A DNA stretch of 59,873 bases, filler included, from Candidatus Woesearchaeota archaeon (GTDB lineage Archaea > Nanobdellota > Nanobdellia > Woesearchaeales > ARS49), in NCBI GenBank assembly GCA_016188265.1. It is 7 parts of 6 records of this genome, joined end to end, with 100 filler letters (N's around TTAATTAATTAA, not from the genome) between each part and the next. Parts side by side here need not be neighbours in the genome. Positions count along the whole stretch, not along the records: positions 58,201 to 59,873 come from JACPID010000001.1; 6 more parts are not named here. One strand, written 5' to 3'. Each line of letters starts with the position of its first letter. Position 1 is the first letter of the stretch. The notes beneath the pieces are model-generated. The model had not been told where the DNA came from, did not search any database, and saw nothing but the letters and a program-made list of their open reading frames with translations. This document shows, piece after piece, positions 58,785 through 59,873 of the stretch. Position numbers and translations under genes: made by a program.

Positions 58785-59708
58785 TTAGTAATTAACGAAT
58801 TTGTACGTTTCTAGATATTCTTCATAACAAAATTTTGATATTGCTTCTAGTTTGCCTTTTCTGGCATTTTCTAAAGCTGAAATATATTCATTTCTTTTTT
58901 TTGACCTTATGGCTAAAGGCATTAATCCTTTCATCATCAATAACCAGTTTATGAGAAGTCTTCCGACTCTTCCATTTCCATCAACAAATGGATGTATTAT
59001 TTCGAATTGGGCGTGTGATTGAAAAGCCACTTCAAGATCATCTATTTTTTTAAAAGCAATTTTTATCCAGTGCAATAATTTTTGCATTCTTTCATCTGTA
59101 AATAGATATGATGTCGTGTAAACATCTCCTATGTAATTTTGAACCTTTTTGTACTTGCCAAGCGTTTGATTTGACTCTATATTTTGATTAACAAGTCGAT
59201 GAAGTTCACACAAATCTTTGTGTGTTGGAAAATGTGAATAATTGTTCTCTAAATATATCCATGCGTCAAGAAGGTTTGAAGCCATGAATATTTCTTTCTT
59301 TGTATGGTTTTTTGGAGCTTGATTGTTAAACAAAAGATTATGTGTTTCTTTCGGTGTTAAAGTAGATCCTTCTATAGCATTGCTGCTTGCAATGAATCTA
59401 CTCAAAAATTTTTGCTTTTCGTTTTCTCGCGATACTTCATCAAGATTTATCATATATTTCTTGTACAAATTTGATGAATCTTTCATTTTTTTATGGTCTA
59501 TATAAGACAATTCATCATTGAATTCTTTAAGAACCCAATCTATGTTAGAATAAGATAGCCTCATACATTCAAATTCTTCATTTAAGACAGGTCTTTTAGG
59601 CCCTATGTATTTTATTGTTTTTTGAAGCACTCTATCGCCTGCTCTTATAGAGTCAACTAAGTAGAGATATTCTTTCCCCTTGATTTTTTTAATGACAATA
59701 CTTACCAT
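58785..59708 (-). CDS. Fic family protein
   Basis: SNAIEGS and HPFVDGNGRVGR. Confidence 0.92.
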   Translation of the reverse strand: MVSIVIKKIKGKEYLYLVDSIRAGDRVLQKTIKYIGPKRPVLNEEFECMRLSYSNIDWVLKEFNDELSYIDHKKMKDSSNLYKKYMINLDEVSRENEKQKFLSRFIASSNAIEGSTLTPKETHNLLFNNQAPKNHTKKEIFMASNLLDAWIYLENNYSHFPTHKDLCELHRLVNQNIESNQTLGKYKKVQNYIGDVYTTSYLFTDERMQKLLHWIKIAFKKIDDLEVAFQSHAQFEIIHPFVDGNGRVGRLLINWLLMMKGLMPLAIRSKKRNEYISALENARKGKLEAISKFCYEEYLETYKFVNY

Positions 59709-59873
59709 CTTAATAATTAACCACTACAAATATATAAATATTTCGTCAATAACATATAAGCAATATAATAATTTTAATTAGTTAACCACTACATTATTGC
59801 TGGCATAGTTACTTTTCCTTCTGCATCATACTCGAGGAATCTTTCTGCTTTTGTTCCTTCACGCATCAACAAA

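Noticed and set aside
1535..59505. Many 60-170 aa antisense or alternate-frame ORFs within long genes
   Set aside because: Shadows of well-supported genes, with no motifs of their own

Overview
AT-rich archaeal genome bin, most consistent with a DPANN/Woesearchaeota-type organism (inference from cdc6/orc1, archaeal ATP-dependent ligase, DUF357, archaeal 5S rRNA, TATA-type promoters and the SecF-SecD order). The window is seven contigs joined by 100-nt N linkers carrying TTAATTAATTAA: A 1-5243, B 5344-20897, C 20998-31915, D 32016-45189, E 45290-51504, F 51605-58100, G 58201-59873. Adjacency across linkers has no meaning, except that F (reverse strand) overlaps the start of B by an exact 141 bp. 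Content includes class II RNR plus cobalamin adenosyltransferase, a surface-glycan locus, housekeeping and carbon-metabolism genes, a 5S rRNA, tRNA-Ala(CGC) and tRNA-Glu(TTC). Main leads: (1) contig E looks like an integron-type gene cassette (complementary GTTATACGC/GCGTATAAC ends plus longer inverted end blocks) carrying an MNT-HEPN pair and a DUF4011-helicase-nuclease (Hhe-like) defence gene frameshifted at a G7 run, with an IS1182-like element abutting the distal site; (2) an sxtJ-sxtI-SGNH-sxtK carbamoylation module, rebuilt across two contigs, whose carbamoyltransferase carries a LAGLIDADG intein; (3) a 91-bp two-hairpin repeat with a possible kissing loop; (4) IS200/IS605-like hairpin ends around a DUF5680 gene; (5) a split Rqc2/NFACT, a HemK2-kinase fusion and an uncalled 29-aa K/R-rich peptide. 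All family assignments come from motif recognition, not database searches.
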